Below, one piece after another: positions 9,423 to 18,537 of a stretch of 64,000 nt of DNA (position 1 is its first letter; the number at the start of each line of letters is the position of its first letter). The DNA comes from an uncultured Alphaproteobacteria bacterium (GTDB taxonomy: Bacteria; Pseudomonadota; Alphaproteobacteria; Rs-D84). Under the pieces are notes generated by a model. That model saw only the letters and a list, made by a program, of their open reading frames with translations, was not told the DNA's origin and did no database searches. The translations under genes and the position numbers were made by a program. Where the stretch lies: NCBI GenBank assembly GCA_934230415.1, contig CAKQEW010000001.1, positions 12,258 through 76,257 of the forward strand, given 5' to 3'.

Positions 9423-10013
9423 TTAAAACAGCAACACCATGCATATTCCCAGCCCAGCGGCAATAATCGCCCCCAGCGTCAGCGGCCAAAAATATTTTTT
9501 CACAATTACGTTTGCGCGATTCTGGAATCGCCACAGCAAATACCCAACAATTGCGAACCGTCCAGTGCGGAATATCGCCGACACGCCCAAGAACAGCAGT
9601 ATTGGATACCCAATGAACCCCAACCATATCGCCAACAATTTGTACGGTATCGGTGTCACCGCGGTCAGCACGATAATAAATATCCCGTATTTTGAAAACA
9701 TTGGTTTTATGGCGGTTTCTATTAATTCCGGGTTTGAAAATGTATTTATCAGCCACACCCCAACCGAATCATATAACCATGCGCCAATCATATACGCAAT
9801 TGCGCCACCAACAATGGAACCCAACGCCGCCGCCACTGTGATTGGCACGGCGCGATTTTTGTTTGCGATAATCGGCGGTGTCATAAAAACCTCTGGCGGG
9901 ACGAACAGGAACACCGATTCACAAATTGTCAGCAAAAACACAATCCAGGAATAAATGGGACTTTCGGATTTTTTCAGTATGTATTCAGCAAATTTCATGG
10001 ATTTTTTCCCCAC
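9423..10013 (-). CDS. YqaA/DedA (VTT-domain) family inner membrane protein
   Basis: 196 aa with 4-5 predicted TM segments. Sequence pattern typical of SNARE-associated/YqaA-like proteins. Confidence 0.55.
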   Translation of the reverse strand: MGKKSMKFAEYILKKSESPIYSWIVFLLTICESVFLFVPPEVFMTPPIIANKNRAVPITVAAALGSIVGGAIAYMIGAWLYDSVGVWLINTFSNPELIETAIKPMFSKYGIFIIVLTAVTPIPYKLLAIWLGFIGYPILLFLGVSAIFRTGRFAIVGYLLWRFQNRANVIVKKYFWPLTLGAIIAAGLGICMVLLF

Positions 10014-10089
10014 TGTTTAAAAATTTACTTGATTGTAATTGAATATTTACTAATTTACAATCAATATATGAATACAAAGGGTATAGTTA

Positions 10090-10443
10090 ATGCCAAACAG
10101 AAAAACAGGTAACAATTCTAACCGTGCCGGGCGCGTCGCGTCCAAGGTCCAAACACTGGTCGCAGAAATTCTGCGCGATGATTACAGTGATGATAAATTA
10201 CTGGGCGGTGTGTCATTGGTTGGGTCGGTTGCGCACGGCGGATTGCAATTTGTACGCCTGTTTTATTATTCACGCAGTGACGATATCCCCGCGGTCCAGA
10301 AACGCCTGGATGATGTTACACGCATGGTGCGTTTTGAATTGGCGTCGCGCATGAACCAGAAATATGTCCCTGATATTCGTTTTGAATACGATGACACATT
10401 GGACCGCGCCACACGTATTGATAAATTGCTGGAAAATTTGTAG
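10090..10443 (+). CDS. rbfA: ribosome-binding factor A
   Basis: 117 aa. RVASKVQTLVAEILRDD...VSLVGSV resembles RbfA. Confidence 0.8.
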   Translation: MPNRKTGNNSNRAGRVASKVQTLVAEILRDDYSDDKLLGGVSLVGSVAHGGLQFVRLFYYSRSDDIPAVQKRLDDVTRMVRFELASRMNQKYVPDIRFEYDDTLDRATRIDKLLENL

Positions 10444-10444
10444 T

Positions 10445-10640
10445 TCCCCCACAACACACCATGTCCCACCGTACCCCCGGTGTCAGGGGTCGGTCAAATA
10501 GCATAAAGAACGTAATAAGTTCCACCCGCAAAATCATGCGATTTTGCGGGTGGTGTCCCAGGGTTCCAGGTCATTAAAATCGTCCGCCAAAGGCGGACTC
10601 AAACATTGCTCTCTTTATTGCGGAGACGGGATGCCACCTC
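10445..10640. repeat. GC-rich intergenic repeat element, copy C (family with elements at 18538-18990 and 39400-39610)
   Basis: Ends in cattgctctct next to a gcgccaatggcgc terminator. Contains ccacccgcaaaat and gttcccc/cccc tracts shared with the other copies, and the perfect hairpin cacccgcaaaatcatgcgattttgcgggtg. Confidence 0.45.
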
Positions 10641-10644
10641 TAAT

Positions 10645-10674
10645 AAAAAAATGCGCCAATGGCGCATTTTTTTA
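10645..10674. terminator. Bidirectional terminator (aaaaaaatgcgccaatggcgcattttttt)
   Basis: Palindrome with A-run and T-run between convergent rbfA and the 237-aa surface protein gene. Confidence 0.65.
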
Positions 10675-11385
10675 TTCAATCCAAATACTGGCATATGTCG
10701 TTGCAGTGGCACTGCCCACAGGAACCTGGACGTTGGCCTTGGAAACCGTCACCGTGCCGGCATTGGCCGTCACACTGGTCACCATGTTACCAGAACCAGA
10801 AACCGTAACATTGCCACCCGTACCAGAATTTAATAAATTTTGTTTCTTGTCAATGTTGCCCTGTAATGTCGTATCAGCGGCCTTGTACGCAGTGTCCATA
10901 TCGTCTACTTTGCTTTCCAGGTCACTAATATCTGCCCCAACCAGGGATGCTGCCTGCTTGGCCATTTCATTCGCAACCGCCATTGATGGATACTTGTCCG
11001 TAGAATTTATATCTGCAGAAAAACCTGTCTTATCCGTTACCTTGTTCAGATTTGTTTCGGCAACCTTTTGCTGATACGTACCATCAGTATTCGTGCCAAC
11101 CGTATCATACAACATGGTCGTTCCAGAATACGTTGGCGTACCGGTTGTATACGTTGTATCCGTGGCAGAAATAACAACCTTACCCGCATTTGTACCGCTG
11201 GTCGGTGTGGTAACCGCAACGTTGGACCCCGCAACAATGTTCGTTTTGGACACGATATCCGCGAATGCGGGCGCCGCCACAAACAATGCAACAAACGAAC
11301 CGATAAAGATCTTCTTAATAAAATTCATATCTCTACATTCTGCTGTACACAATATTACCAGAAATTCCCCAAACGGGGCAAGCAC
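10672..11385 (-). CDS. secreted surface repeat protein, paralog 1 (237 aa)
   Basis: Signal peptide MNFIKKIFIGSFVALFVAAPAFA. Shares a ~70-aa identical block with the 521-aa paralog. C-terminus ...ATTYASIWIE. Confidence 0.6.
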   Translation of the reverse strand: MLAPFGEFLVILCTAECRDMNFIKKIFIGSFVALFVAAPAFADIVSKTNIVAGSNVAVTTPTSGTNAGKVVISATDTTYTTGTPTYSGTTMLYDTVGTNTDGTYQQKVAETNLNKVTDKTGFSADINSTDKYPSMAVANEMAKQAASLVGADISDLESKVDDMDTAYKAADTTLQGNIDKKQNLLNSGTGGNVTVSGSGNMVTSVTANAGTVTVSKANVQVPVGSATATTYASIWIE

Positions 11386-11435
11386 CTTTTACGGTATGGC
11401 GCAAATTTTTTACGCCATACCATATTCGTCATGCA

Positions 11436-13001
11436 TTAACGACCGATTTTTTCCCATGCGTATGTTTTTACGTTATCAACAACTTTCATCGTCAATGTAT
11501 ATGTACCGTCACTGGTGATATCGGCATTGGCTGTACCAGGGGCCGTAATTTTATCTGTAATATCGACTGCCTGCAATGCTGTATCTGCTTTGCCCAATGA
11601 TGTCTGAACATCAGGTGCCAACTTTGCCTTAGTAACATTCTTATCAGGAATCTTTACTGTTATCACTGCGTCATTTGCAATCATACCTGTCGCAATCTGA
11701 CCAGTGGTAACTCCGCCGCTAGCATTCGTGATAAGGGCTTTGTTCGCTGCGTCCGCACCCTGGGCCGTACTTACCTTGCCAGCGATACTAGTTTTATTGG
11801 TTGCAATATCGTTCTTGTTCGTTGTGATTTGCGTAACCAAGTCTTTCGTTACACCAGAGTTAACTGCAGCCATCTGGTTTGTGTCCAACGCCGCCTGCTT
11901 GTTATTCCATGTCGTCTTTTGTTCAGCTGTAACATGGATATCCCCATTTTTAATGTGGGTATCGTATGATGCTACCTTGGTACTGTTGATACCAGATTTG
12001 TATGCGTCACTGCCTTCAATAGTTGTGACACGATTTGTCAATGCGTTTACTGCATCTGATGTCGCAACAGTGGCTTCCTTGGTAATTGTGACATTGCCTT
12101 TGCCGTCAGCGGTAATCCCAGTAACAACATTACCAGTACCAGAAACCGTAACATTGCCACCCGTACCAGAATTTAATAAATTTTGTTTCTTGTCAATGTT
12201 GTCCTGTAATGTCGTATCAGCGGTTTGCAATGCTGTAATGGCACTTGCATTTGTTGATATCCCCGATTTATTGGTTGCAATATCGTTCTTGTTTGTTGTG
12301 ATTTGATCAACCAAGGCTTTCGTCGCACCAGAGTTAACTGCAGCCATCTGGTTTGTGTCCAACGCCGCCTGCTTGTTATTCCATGTCGTCTTTTGTTCAG
12401 CTGTAACATGGATATCCCCATTTTTAATGTGGGTATCGTATGATGCTACCTTGGTACTGTTGATACCAGATTTGTATGCGTCACTGCCTTCAATAGTTGT
12501 GACACGATTTGTCAATGCGTTTACTGCATCTGATGTCGCAACAGTGGCTTCCTTGGTAATTGTGACATTGCCTTTGCCGTCAGCGGTAATCCCAGTAACA
12601 ACATTACCAGTACCAGAAACCGTAACATTGCCACCCGTACCAGAATTTAATAAATTTTGTTTCTTGTCAATGTTGCCCTGTAATGTCGTATCAGCGGCCT
12701 TGTACGCAGTGTCCATATCGTCTACTTTGCTTTCCAGGTCACTAATATCTGCCCCAACCAGGGATGCTGCCTGCTTGGCCATTTCATTCGCAACCGCCAT
12801 TGACGGATATTTTTCTGTGGAAGTTGCATCTGCAGAAAAATTTGTCTTATCCGTTACCTTGTTCGCTTTCTGTTCGGCGGCGGCGGTAATCGCATCAGCT
12901 TTATCATTAACATATGATACAGATGCGATATCGGCGCGGGCGGCAGATGCCGTCATAACTGTGATTACAGAAATCGCCAGAATGCTTGTTAATCTTTTCA
13001 T
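11436..13001 (-). CDS. secreted surface repeat protein, paralog 2 (521 aa) with internal 158-aa tandem duplication
   Basis: Signal peptide MKRLTSILAISVITVMTASAARA. Ser/Thr/Asn/Gly-rich repeats (NSGTGGNVTVSGTGNVVTGITADGKGNVTITKEATVATSDAVNALTNRVTTIEG) present twice. C-terminus ...KTYAWEKIGR. Confidence 0.6.
   Translation of the reverse strand: MKRLTSILAISVITVMTASAARADIASVSYVNDKADAITAAAEQKANKVTDKTNFSADATSTEKYPSMAVANEMAKQAASLVGADISDLESKVDDMDTAYKAADTTLQGNIDKKQNLLNSGTGGNVTVSGTGNVVTGITADGKGNVTITKEATVATSDAVNALTNRVTTIEGSDAYKSGINSTKVASYDTHIKNGDIHVTAEQKTTWNNKQAALDTNQMAAVNSGATKALVDQITTNKNDIATNKSGISTNASAITALQTADTTLQDNIDKKQNLLNSGTGGNVTVSGTGNVVTGITADGKGNVTITKEATVATSDAVNALTNRVTTIEGSDAYKSGINSTKVASYDTHIKNGDIHVTAEQKTTWNNKQAALDTNQMAAVNSGVTKDLVTQITTNKNDIATNKTSIAGKVSTAQGADAANKALITNASGGVTTGQIATGMIANDAVITVKIPDKNVTKAKLAPDVQTSLGKADTALQAVDITDKITAPGTANADITSDGTYTLTMKVVDNVKTYAWEKIGR
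11790..12737. repeat. ~474-bp near-identical tandem duplication inside the 521-aa surface protein gene (copies ~11790-12263 and ~12264-12737)
   Basis: Antisense six-frame ORFs 11704-12306 and 12355-13026 share more than 110 identical residues at a 474-nt offset. Confidence 0.7.
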
Positions 13002-13089
13002 TTCCCAAAACCTTTCTATATTTTAACCCAGTATATAAAGCCTGACCTGTGGGGATGTGACGTGATGCGCCCCACCCCACAGTTTTTTA

Positions 13090-14160
13090 TTATTCTGCTG
13101 TACGTGAAATATCTTCCCACTGATAACCAATTGTTGAATCCCACGTCAGAACATATTTTGCATTAGAGCCAATTTTGTCAGCGGCCGGTGCTGGGATGGC
13201 TGCTTCGGCTGTTGTTTTGGCAACATTTGCTGTGCTCTGTGCAGCTGCGGCGGCCTCTGTATTGGCCTGGATTGTCGCAGCATAACCGTTATAGGTCGTT
13301 ACTTTGTCTGCTGTGATACCAGATTTCATAACCGCACTGTCATTGATTGTCGTGATGTCAGATGTGTTCTTTTCAACCGCTGTTTTCAAGGCTGTTTCAT
13401 CGTACTTGTCGGCCGCAATGGTGATTTTGCCATCTGCAATAGAAACCGTAACATTATCCCCACCAACCAAGTTTTCAGCTGTCAACTTGTTCTGTTTTTT
13501 ATCCAATTCAGTACCAACTTCTGTCTTGGTATATGCATCCGTGATGCCATAGCCCGCCAATGTTGTCGCCTTGTCAGCTTTCTTTCCAATTTCTGTTGTC
13601 AATTCTGTCTTTACAGCATCCGCAGCGCCCTTGGCTTCATATGTATTGCCCAAATTCAATTCGGTAATTGCATCAGCAATGGATTTCGCAACAGAACCGT
13701 CTTCTGTGGCAGTGCCGTTCAACTTTGTAATGGCGGCGGTGTTACTTCCAACTTTTGCTGTCAAATCAGTCAATCCTTCGGTCGTGGCGATACCCACTGT
13801 GCTGATTGTACCATCTTCTTTGATTTCAATGTTTGTACCAGCTGTCAGCTTGTTCTGTTTTTTACCCAATTCAGTATTCATGTCAGTGGTGGTTGTATAG
13901 TTTGCAAATTTACCATCAACCGTGCTGATTTTGCCTTCCAATTCTGTTTTGGTCGCAGATGCGGTCTCTTGTGTTTCAAACTTTGCATTGGCGGCTGCCT
14001 GTGTATAAACATCAGCGGTATTTGCCTTTAATGCAATCGCGTCTGCATTTGTCTTTGCCTTGGCATCAACATATGCGGTTGATGGGATGGCGGCGTTGGC
14101 AGAGTTTGCAGCAACAACACCCAGCATCACGGTTAAAATACCTGCGGTTAATTTTTTCAT
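13090..14160 (-). CDS. secreted surface repeat protein, paralog 3 (356 aa)
   Basis: Signal peptide MKKLTAGILTVMLGVVAANSANA. Repeats ...KKQNKLTAG...TDLTAKVGSNTAAITKL... C-terminus ...YQWEDISRTAE. Confidence 0.6.
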   Translation of the reverse strand: MKKLTAGILTVMLGVVAANSANAAIPSTAYVDAKAKTNADAIALKANTADVYTQAAANAKFETQETASATKTELEGKISTVDGKFANYTTTTDMNTELGKKQNKLTAGTNIEIKEDGTISTVGIATTEGLTDLTAKVGSNTAAITKLNGTATEDGSVAKSIADAITELNLGNTYEAKGAADAVKTELTTEIGKKADKATTLAGYGITDAYTKTEVGTELDKKQNKLTAENLVGGDNVTVSIADGKITIAADKYDETALKTAVEKNTSDITTINDSAVMKSGITADKVTTYNGYAATIQANTEAAAAAQSTANVAKTTAEAAIPAPAADKIGSNAKYVLTWDSTIGYQWEDISRTAE

Positions 14161-14208
14161 TTTTCTTTCCTTTCTTTCGTTTTTTTAATTGTTATTTTAT
14201 TTCTTGAA

Positions 14209-15216
14209 TTATTCACCCGTTGTGGTGCCATCGCTCTGGGTTACATCCAACCAAACCATTGCATCGCCCTGAACAGCCAATACACACTGCTTTACGCCGG
14301 TCTGGCAATCAACGCTTGGATATGGGATAACCTTGCTGAAACGCTGGTTCAATACATCTGAACCACCCTCTTCGGTCAATGCCTTGGTAATCGCGTCCGT
14401 AACATCTGTGGATGTCTGGGCACCGTTCACCTTGTTTGCCAATGCAGAATCCAGTTTGGCTTCGGTTACCGCACCATCTTGAATCTTGACCGATGTGATT
14501 GCGCCATCTTTGATTTTATCTGTGTTAATTTCAATACCTTCGGTAATCGCCTTGTTCAATTCTGTGTCAACGTATGACATTACCGCACCGGCGGTCGGGT
14601 ATGTACGCGCTTTGTCTGCTTCACTGGCGGTTGCGTTCAATTCCGCAATCTTGTTCGCAGCGTCTTCAGCGGTATATTCCAGTTTATCCTGTTTGCCACC
14701 AACCGCTGTTTTCAATGCAGTGATTTCACCCGCGTTTGTTGATGCGGCTGTTTTTGCTTCGTTTGCGGTCGTTTGCGCATTGCCGGCCTTGGTATCCGCA
14801 GCAGCAGCAGCAGCAGCAGCCTTATCTGCGATTGTCTTGGTCGCGGCCAAACCGGTCTGGGCGTCATTAACCGTTGTTGTCAGTGATGTTAAATCCGCCG
14901 CATTGGCCTTGGATTCTAATTCTGTTTTGGTTGCCAGGTTGTCCAATTCCGTCTTGTTCGCCTTCTTGTCCAATGCGGTTTTAATCACACCATCATCAGA
15001 TGTAATTGCGTTGGTAATCTGGTTGGTTACTTCGGTTTTGCTGGCATAATCAGCGTCGGTAATTTCTGTTTTCAACGCAGTCACCGTTTCCGCAACAGCA
15101 TTTGCTTTGTTATCAACGTACCCCTTGCTGGCAATCTGGGGTGCCGCCATCGCCGAACCAGTGGACAGCATAATCGCCGCCATAAATCCAGAGAATGCAA
15201 TGTTCTTTACTTTCAT
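14209..15216 (-). CDS. secreted surface repeat protein, paralog 4 (335 aa)
   Basis: Signal peptide MKVKNIAFSGFMAAIMLSTGSAMA. Ala/Thr-rich coiled-coil-like repeats, an AAAAAAAA tract. C-terminus ...MVWLDVTQSDGTTTGE. Confidence 0.6.
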   Translation of the reverse strand: MKVKNIAFSGFMAAIMLSTGSAMAAPQIASKGYVDNKANAVAETVTALKTEITDADYASKTEVTNQITNAITSDDGVIKTALDKKANKTELDNLATKTELESKANAADLTSLTTTVNDAQTGLAATKTIADKAAAAAAAADTKAGNAQTTANEAKTAASTNAGEITALKTAVGGKQDKLEYTAEDAANKIAELNATASEADKARTYPTAGAVMSYVDTELNKAITEGIEINTDKIKDGAITSVKIQDGAVTEAKLDSALANKVNGAQTSTDVTDAITKALTEEGGSDVLNQRFSKVIPYPSVDCQTGVKQCVLAVQGDAMVWLDVTQSDGTTTGE

Positions 15217-15281
15217 TTTCGTTCCTTTCTTTATTTTTGTCCTAATCTCCGTTATGGCGGGAATTTAGACACAAAACTGTT

Positions 15282-17153
15282 TTATTCACCTACTATCTCT
15301 ATCTGGGTCCACGCTTTGCTGGTGCCATCATATACGTACAGACCACCAGATGTTGGCGCCGCAACGCCCTGGTTTTCCAAGGCACGGTTCGCGGTTTCCT
15401 GGGCCGCGGCCGCCGCATCTGCCGCATCTGCCGCCGTCTGGGCCGCCGTATCTGCCGCCGTTTTGGCCGATTCCGCCAGTGTATGGTTTGTCGTTATATC
15501 CGTGGACAGCGCAACCAATTTGCCATCAATCACCGTTTGTGAATATGTTTCAGATTTCTGGTAATAGTTACCCAATGCACTGGCGTCAGCCTTGGTCGCC
15601 AGGGCATCCGTTGTCGCATAATCCGCCAGCGACGATTTTAATGCGTAATCATTTAATTCAGACTTGTCCGCCTTGGTCGTCAGGGCATCCGTTGTTGCAT
15701 AATCCGCCAGCGACGACTTTAATGCGTAATCATTTAATTCAGACTTGTCCGCCTTGGTCGTCAATGCATTCGCCAGGGCATCCGTTGTCGTCGTATCAGC
15801 CTTGGCATCCAATGCAGTCTTTAACGCATAATCGTCCAGCGATGTTTTATCAGCCTTGGTGTCCAATTGTGCATTAACGTATTCGGTCTTGGCATAGTTG
15901 GTCAATGCAGATTCCATATCACCCGCAACAACATTGGCGATTTTATCATCAACCTCTGTCTGGGAATATGTCTGTTCCTTGGTATAATAATCGCCCAGTG
16001 CACTGGCGTCAGCCTTGGCCGCCAATTTTGTATCAACGTCTGTAGTTGTGGCATAATTATTCAGTTCGGATTTATCCGCCTTGGTCGCCAGGGCGCCCGC
16101 CAACGCATCCGTTGTCGTTGTATCCGCCTTGGCCGCCAATTTCGTATCAACGTCCGCGGTCGTGGCATAATCCGCCAATTCAGACTTGTCCGCCTTGGTC
16201 GCCAATTTTGCATCAACGTCCACGGTTTTTTCATATTCACCCAGCGCCAAACTAATTGCGTTGTTAATCGCGTTGTTCATTGCGGTGATATCCGCCTTTA
16301 ACGCCAATCCACTTTCCACATCGGCGGTTTTTGCATATGGTGTCAGGTCAACATCCGCACCATCACCCTTGGGCCCTTGGGGACCAACCGGCCCCTGTTC
16401 ACCCTGGGGTCCCTCTGGCCCGACCGGTCCTTCGGGTCCGACCGGACCAATCGCACCAGTAATCGCAGATTTCGCAATCAATGGTGTCCAACCAGATTCA
16501 CCACGATAGCGCCAATTGATATATTCGTCGTCGGCATCAATTTCAATTTCACGCCCATCACGACCCGCAATCGTACCAATTGCATCCTTTAAATTTTCCA
16601 AATCAACAGAAATTTCGTTTGTTACATCATCAATCAGAACGAAACCGTCACTCTTGGGTGACAATGCATCTTGTTTATTCTGCAACTGGCCCGCCAAATC
16701 ATCACCACGATCGTTCAAGCCATCAACATCACGACGCAGCTGATCAACGTCCGCCTGGAGCGCCGCCGCCACCGATGGAACCAATGTTGAATTTCCACCA
16801 CCAGACGTGCCAGGATTTTGTGGCTTTATTGCTGTTGTACCACCCGTTGTGCCACCACCCAAATACTTACCAATTGATAAACGTGGCGTTGTGCCCGCAC
16901 GCACCGTTCCCGACGCGGTCGTGGTTGTTGCGCCCGTCGTCGTGCCGGTTGTTCGCGTTGCCGTCGGTGTCACACGTACAGAACCACCACGAACGGCCGT
17001 TGTCGTACCATTTCCACCCGTTGCAGATGCCGCAGATGAATACGTTCCGGCACCACCCAACGTACGCACAGTGGACGCGCCATATGCCCCAGAAACCGCG
17101 GCACACAGCACACACACAATCGCAACCGTTGAAATTTTAAGGTCTTTTTTCAT
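15282..17153 (-). CDS. secreted collagen-like repeat surface protein, paralog 5 (623 aa)
   Basis: Signal peptide. Gly-X-Y collagen-like tract GPVGPEGPVGPEGPQGEQGPVGPQGPKG. 27-aa tandem repeats (TKADKSELNDYALKSSLADYATTDAL). C-terminus ...KAWTQIEIVGE. Confidence 0.6.
   Translation of the reverse strand: MKKDLKISTVAIVCVLCAAVSGAYGASTVRTLGGAGTYSSAASATGGNGTTTAVRGGSVRVTPTATRTTGTTTGATTTTASGTVRAGTTPRLSIGKYLGGGTTGGTTAIKPQNPGTSGGGNSTLVPSVAAALQADVDQLRRDVDGLNDRGDDLAGQLQNKQDALSPKSDGFVLIDDVTNEISVDLENLKDAIGTIAGRDGREIEIDADDEYINWRYRGESGWTPLIAKSAITGAIGPVGPEGPVGPEGPQGEQGPVGPQGPKGDGADVDLTPYAKTADVESGLALKADITAMNNAINNAISLALGEYEKTVDVDAKLATKADKSELADYATTADVDTKLAAKADTTTTDALAGALATKADKSELNNYATTTDVDTKLAAKADASALGDYYTKEQTYSQTEVDDKIANVVAGDMESALTNYAKTEYVNAQLDTKADKTSLDDYALKTALDAKADTTTTDALANALTTKADKSELNDYALKSSLADYATTDALTTKADKSELNDYALKSSLADYATTDALATKADASALGNYYQKSETYSQTVIDGKLVALSTDITTNHTLAESAKTAADTAAQTAADAADAAAAAQETANRALENQGVAAPTSGGLYVYDGTSKAWTQIEIVGE
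15600..15762. repeat. 81-bp tandem repeat (2 identical copies) encoding the 27-aa TKADKSELNDYALKSSLADYATTDAL unit
   Basis: Identical DNA blocks visible at 15601-15681 and 15682-15762. Further degenerate copies lie upstream. Confidence 0.6.
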
Positions 17154-17216
17154 AACTCTCTCTGAACGATTTTTATTTTATCATATTTTGCGAATCGGCG
17201 TCAATACCTTTCTGTG

Positions 17217-17951
17217 TTAAAATTCATATCTGATACCAACGGATATAGAATTATCCAGAATCAGGCCGATTTTATTTTCAAACGATGCCGTGAATGTACC
17301 CGCGTGCCCCGGTTCTGTGGAAACATATTCAAACCGACGCGTGTGCGTTGTGCCATTCAAACCCGCCAAACGATAGCGAACATCCAACACCAAATTGTCG
17401 TCCAATTCCTGGGTAAATCCAACCATCAGACCCGCCATCGGCGATACAGATGTCTTGGTTCCATCACCAGATACAAAATTTTCCCAATCCAGTTTTGTCG
17501 TCGGCGCCGCCAAGCCCAGGCCACCACCAACATACAGACCATTGGTGAAATCATAATACGCATTCGCCATCAAATACGGCACAGACAACTTAAAATCAAA
17601 TCCATTATCGCTGTCTGAAAATTGCGTGATATAGCCGGCTTCAACCTCGCCCCGCCAGAAGTAACCAAAGTGGCGACCGGCAGACAAACTGGCCCCGAAT
17701 ACCGGTTCAAATGAATAACTGTCCGAACTGAAATCCGCATCTGTCCCAGGATAATCCGACGAATACTTGTTTTTCCAATTCAGGAAATTCATTTCGGCAC
17801 GACCGGCGATGTACCAGCCTGTTTTTTCTTTGTCTGTGTAATTATATGTGACGTTATATCCACCGTTTTTGTCCGGCTGAACATAGCTGGGTGCCGCAGA
17901 TGCCGCGGATGTCAGCCCCACCAGAACAAATAATGACACTAATTTTTTCAT
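17217..17951 (-). CDS. outer-membrane beta-barrel protein (OmpA-like/OmpW/Opa-like porin family)
   Basis: Signal peptide MKKLVSLFVLVGLTSAASA. Alternating amphipathic beta-strand pattern, aromatic girdle residues. C-terminal ...GIRYEF ending in Phe. Confidence 0.65.
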   Translation of the reverse strand: MKKLVSLFVLVGLTSAASAAPSYVQPDKNGGYNVTYNYTDKEKTGWYIAGRAEMNFLNWKNKYSSDYPGTDADFSSDSYSFEPVFGASLSAGRHFGYFWRGEVEAGYITQFSDSDNGFDFKLSVPYLMANAYYDFTNGLYVGGGLGLAAPTTKLDWENFVSGDGTKTSVSPMAGLMVGFTQELDDNLVLDVRYRLAGLNGTTHTRRFEYVSTEPGHAGTFTASFENKIGLILDNSISVGIRYEF

Positions 17952-18096
17952 GGTATTTTACCCTCCCCCGAATTTTTTTAGCAGTATATCATATTTTGAC
18001 GCGGTTTCCAAAGGCTAAAAAACAAAATATTGACATCTTTTTATAAAATTTGCTAAATTTGTTGCGTACATTAAATGTGTAAAGAGGAAAAAGGTT

Positions 18097-18501
18097 ATGA
18101 AAAAGATTCTGATTGCATTCACTGTTCTGGGACTGGCCGCGTGTGGTGGCACACCGCGCGATATCAATGATGACCAGGTTTATTACGCATTTGATTCTGC
18201 GGATGTATCGGACGCGGCACGTCGTGAATTGCGCGCACAATCCCGCTATATGAAAAAAAATCCAACCAAAAATGTTGTTATGGAAGGACACTGTGACGAA
18301 CGCGGGTCAACCGAATACAATCTGGCATTGGGCGCGTTGCGCGCGGGTAATGCGGCACACGTTCTGATGAAAAACGGAATTGAATCCGAACGTATAAAGA
18401 CAATTTCATACGGCAAAGAAAATCCGCAATACCCCGGCAGTGGCGAAGAAGTATGGGCAAAAAACAGAAACGCCACAACCAAGGTTGTTGAAAAGAAATA
18501 A
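18097..18501 (+). CDS. pal: peptidoglycan-associated lipoprotein
   Basis: Lipobox LAAC. OmpA C-terminal-like domain (NVVMEGHCDERGSTEYNLALGALRA...SYGKENP). Confidence 0.85.
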   Translation: MKKILIAFTVLGLAACGGTPRDINDDQVYYAFDSADVSDAARRELRAQSRYMKKNPTKNVVMEGHCDERGSTEYNLALGALRAGNAAHVLMKNGIESERIKTISYGKENPQYPGSGEEVWAKNRNATTKVVEKK

Positions 18502-18527
18502 AAAATGCGCCAGTGGCGCATTTTTTA
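18500..18527. terminator. Terminator downstream of pal (aaaaatgcgccagtggcgcatttttt)
   Basis: Same palindrome family as at 1659, 10645 and 22427. Confidence 0.6.
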
Positions 18528-18537
18528 TTAGAGAACA

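Noticed and set aside
9439-9954. 171-aa plus-strand ORF
   Set aside because: Fully antisense to the YqaA-family membrane protein gene. The minus-strand product has a coherent TM topology.
11704-13026. Plus-strand ORFs (200 and 223 aa) antisense to the 521-aa surface protein gene
   Set aside because: Their mutual identity simply mirrors the 474-bp tandem duplication in the sense gene. They are hydrophobic antisense artefacts typical of Thr/Ala/Val-rich repeat genes.
15316-17220. Multiple plus-strand ORFs (Pro/His/Trp-rich) opposite the 623-aa collagen-like gene
   Set aside because: Antisense of Gly-X-Y and Ala/Thr repeats gives long open frames. No starts, RBS or signal peptides. The minus-strand gene has a clear signal peptide and repeat logic.
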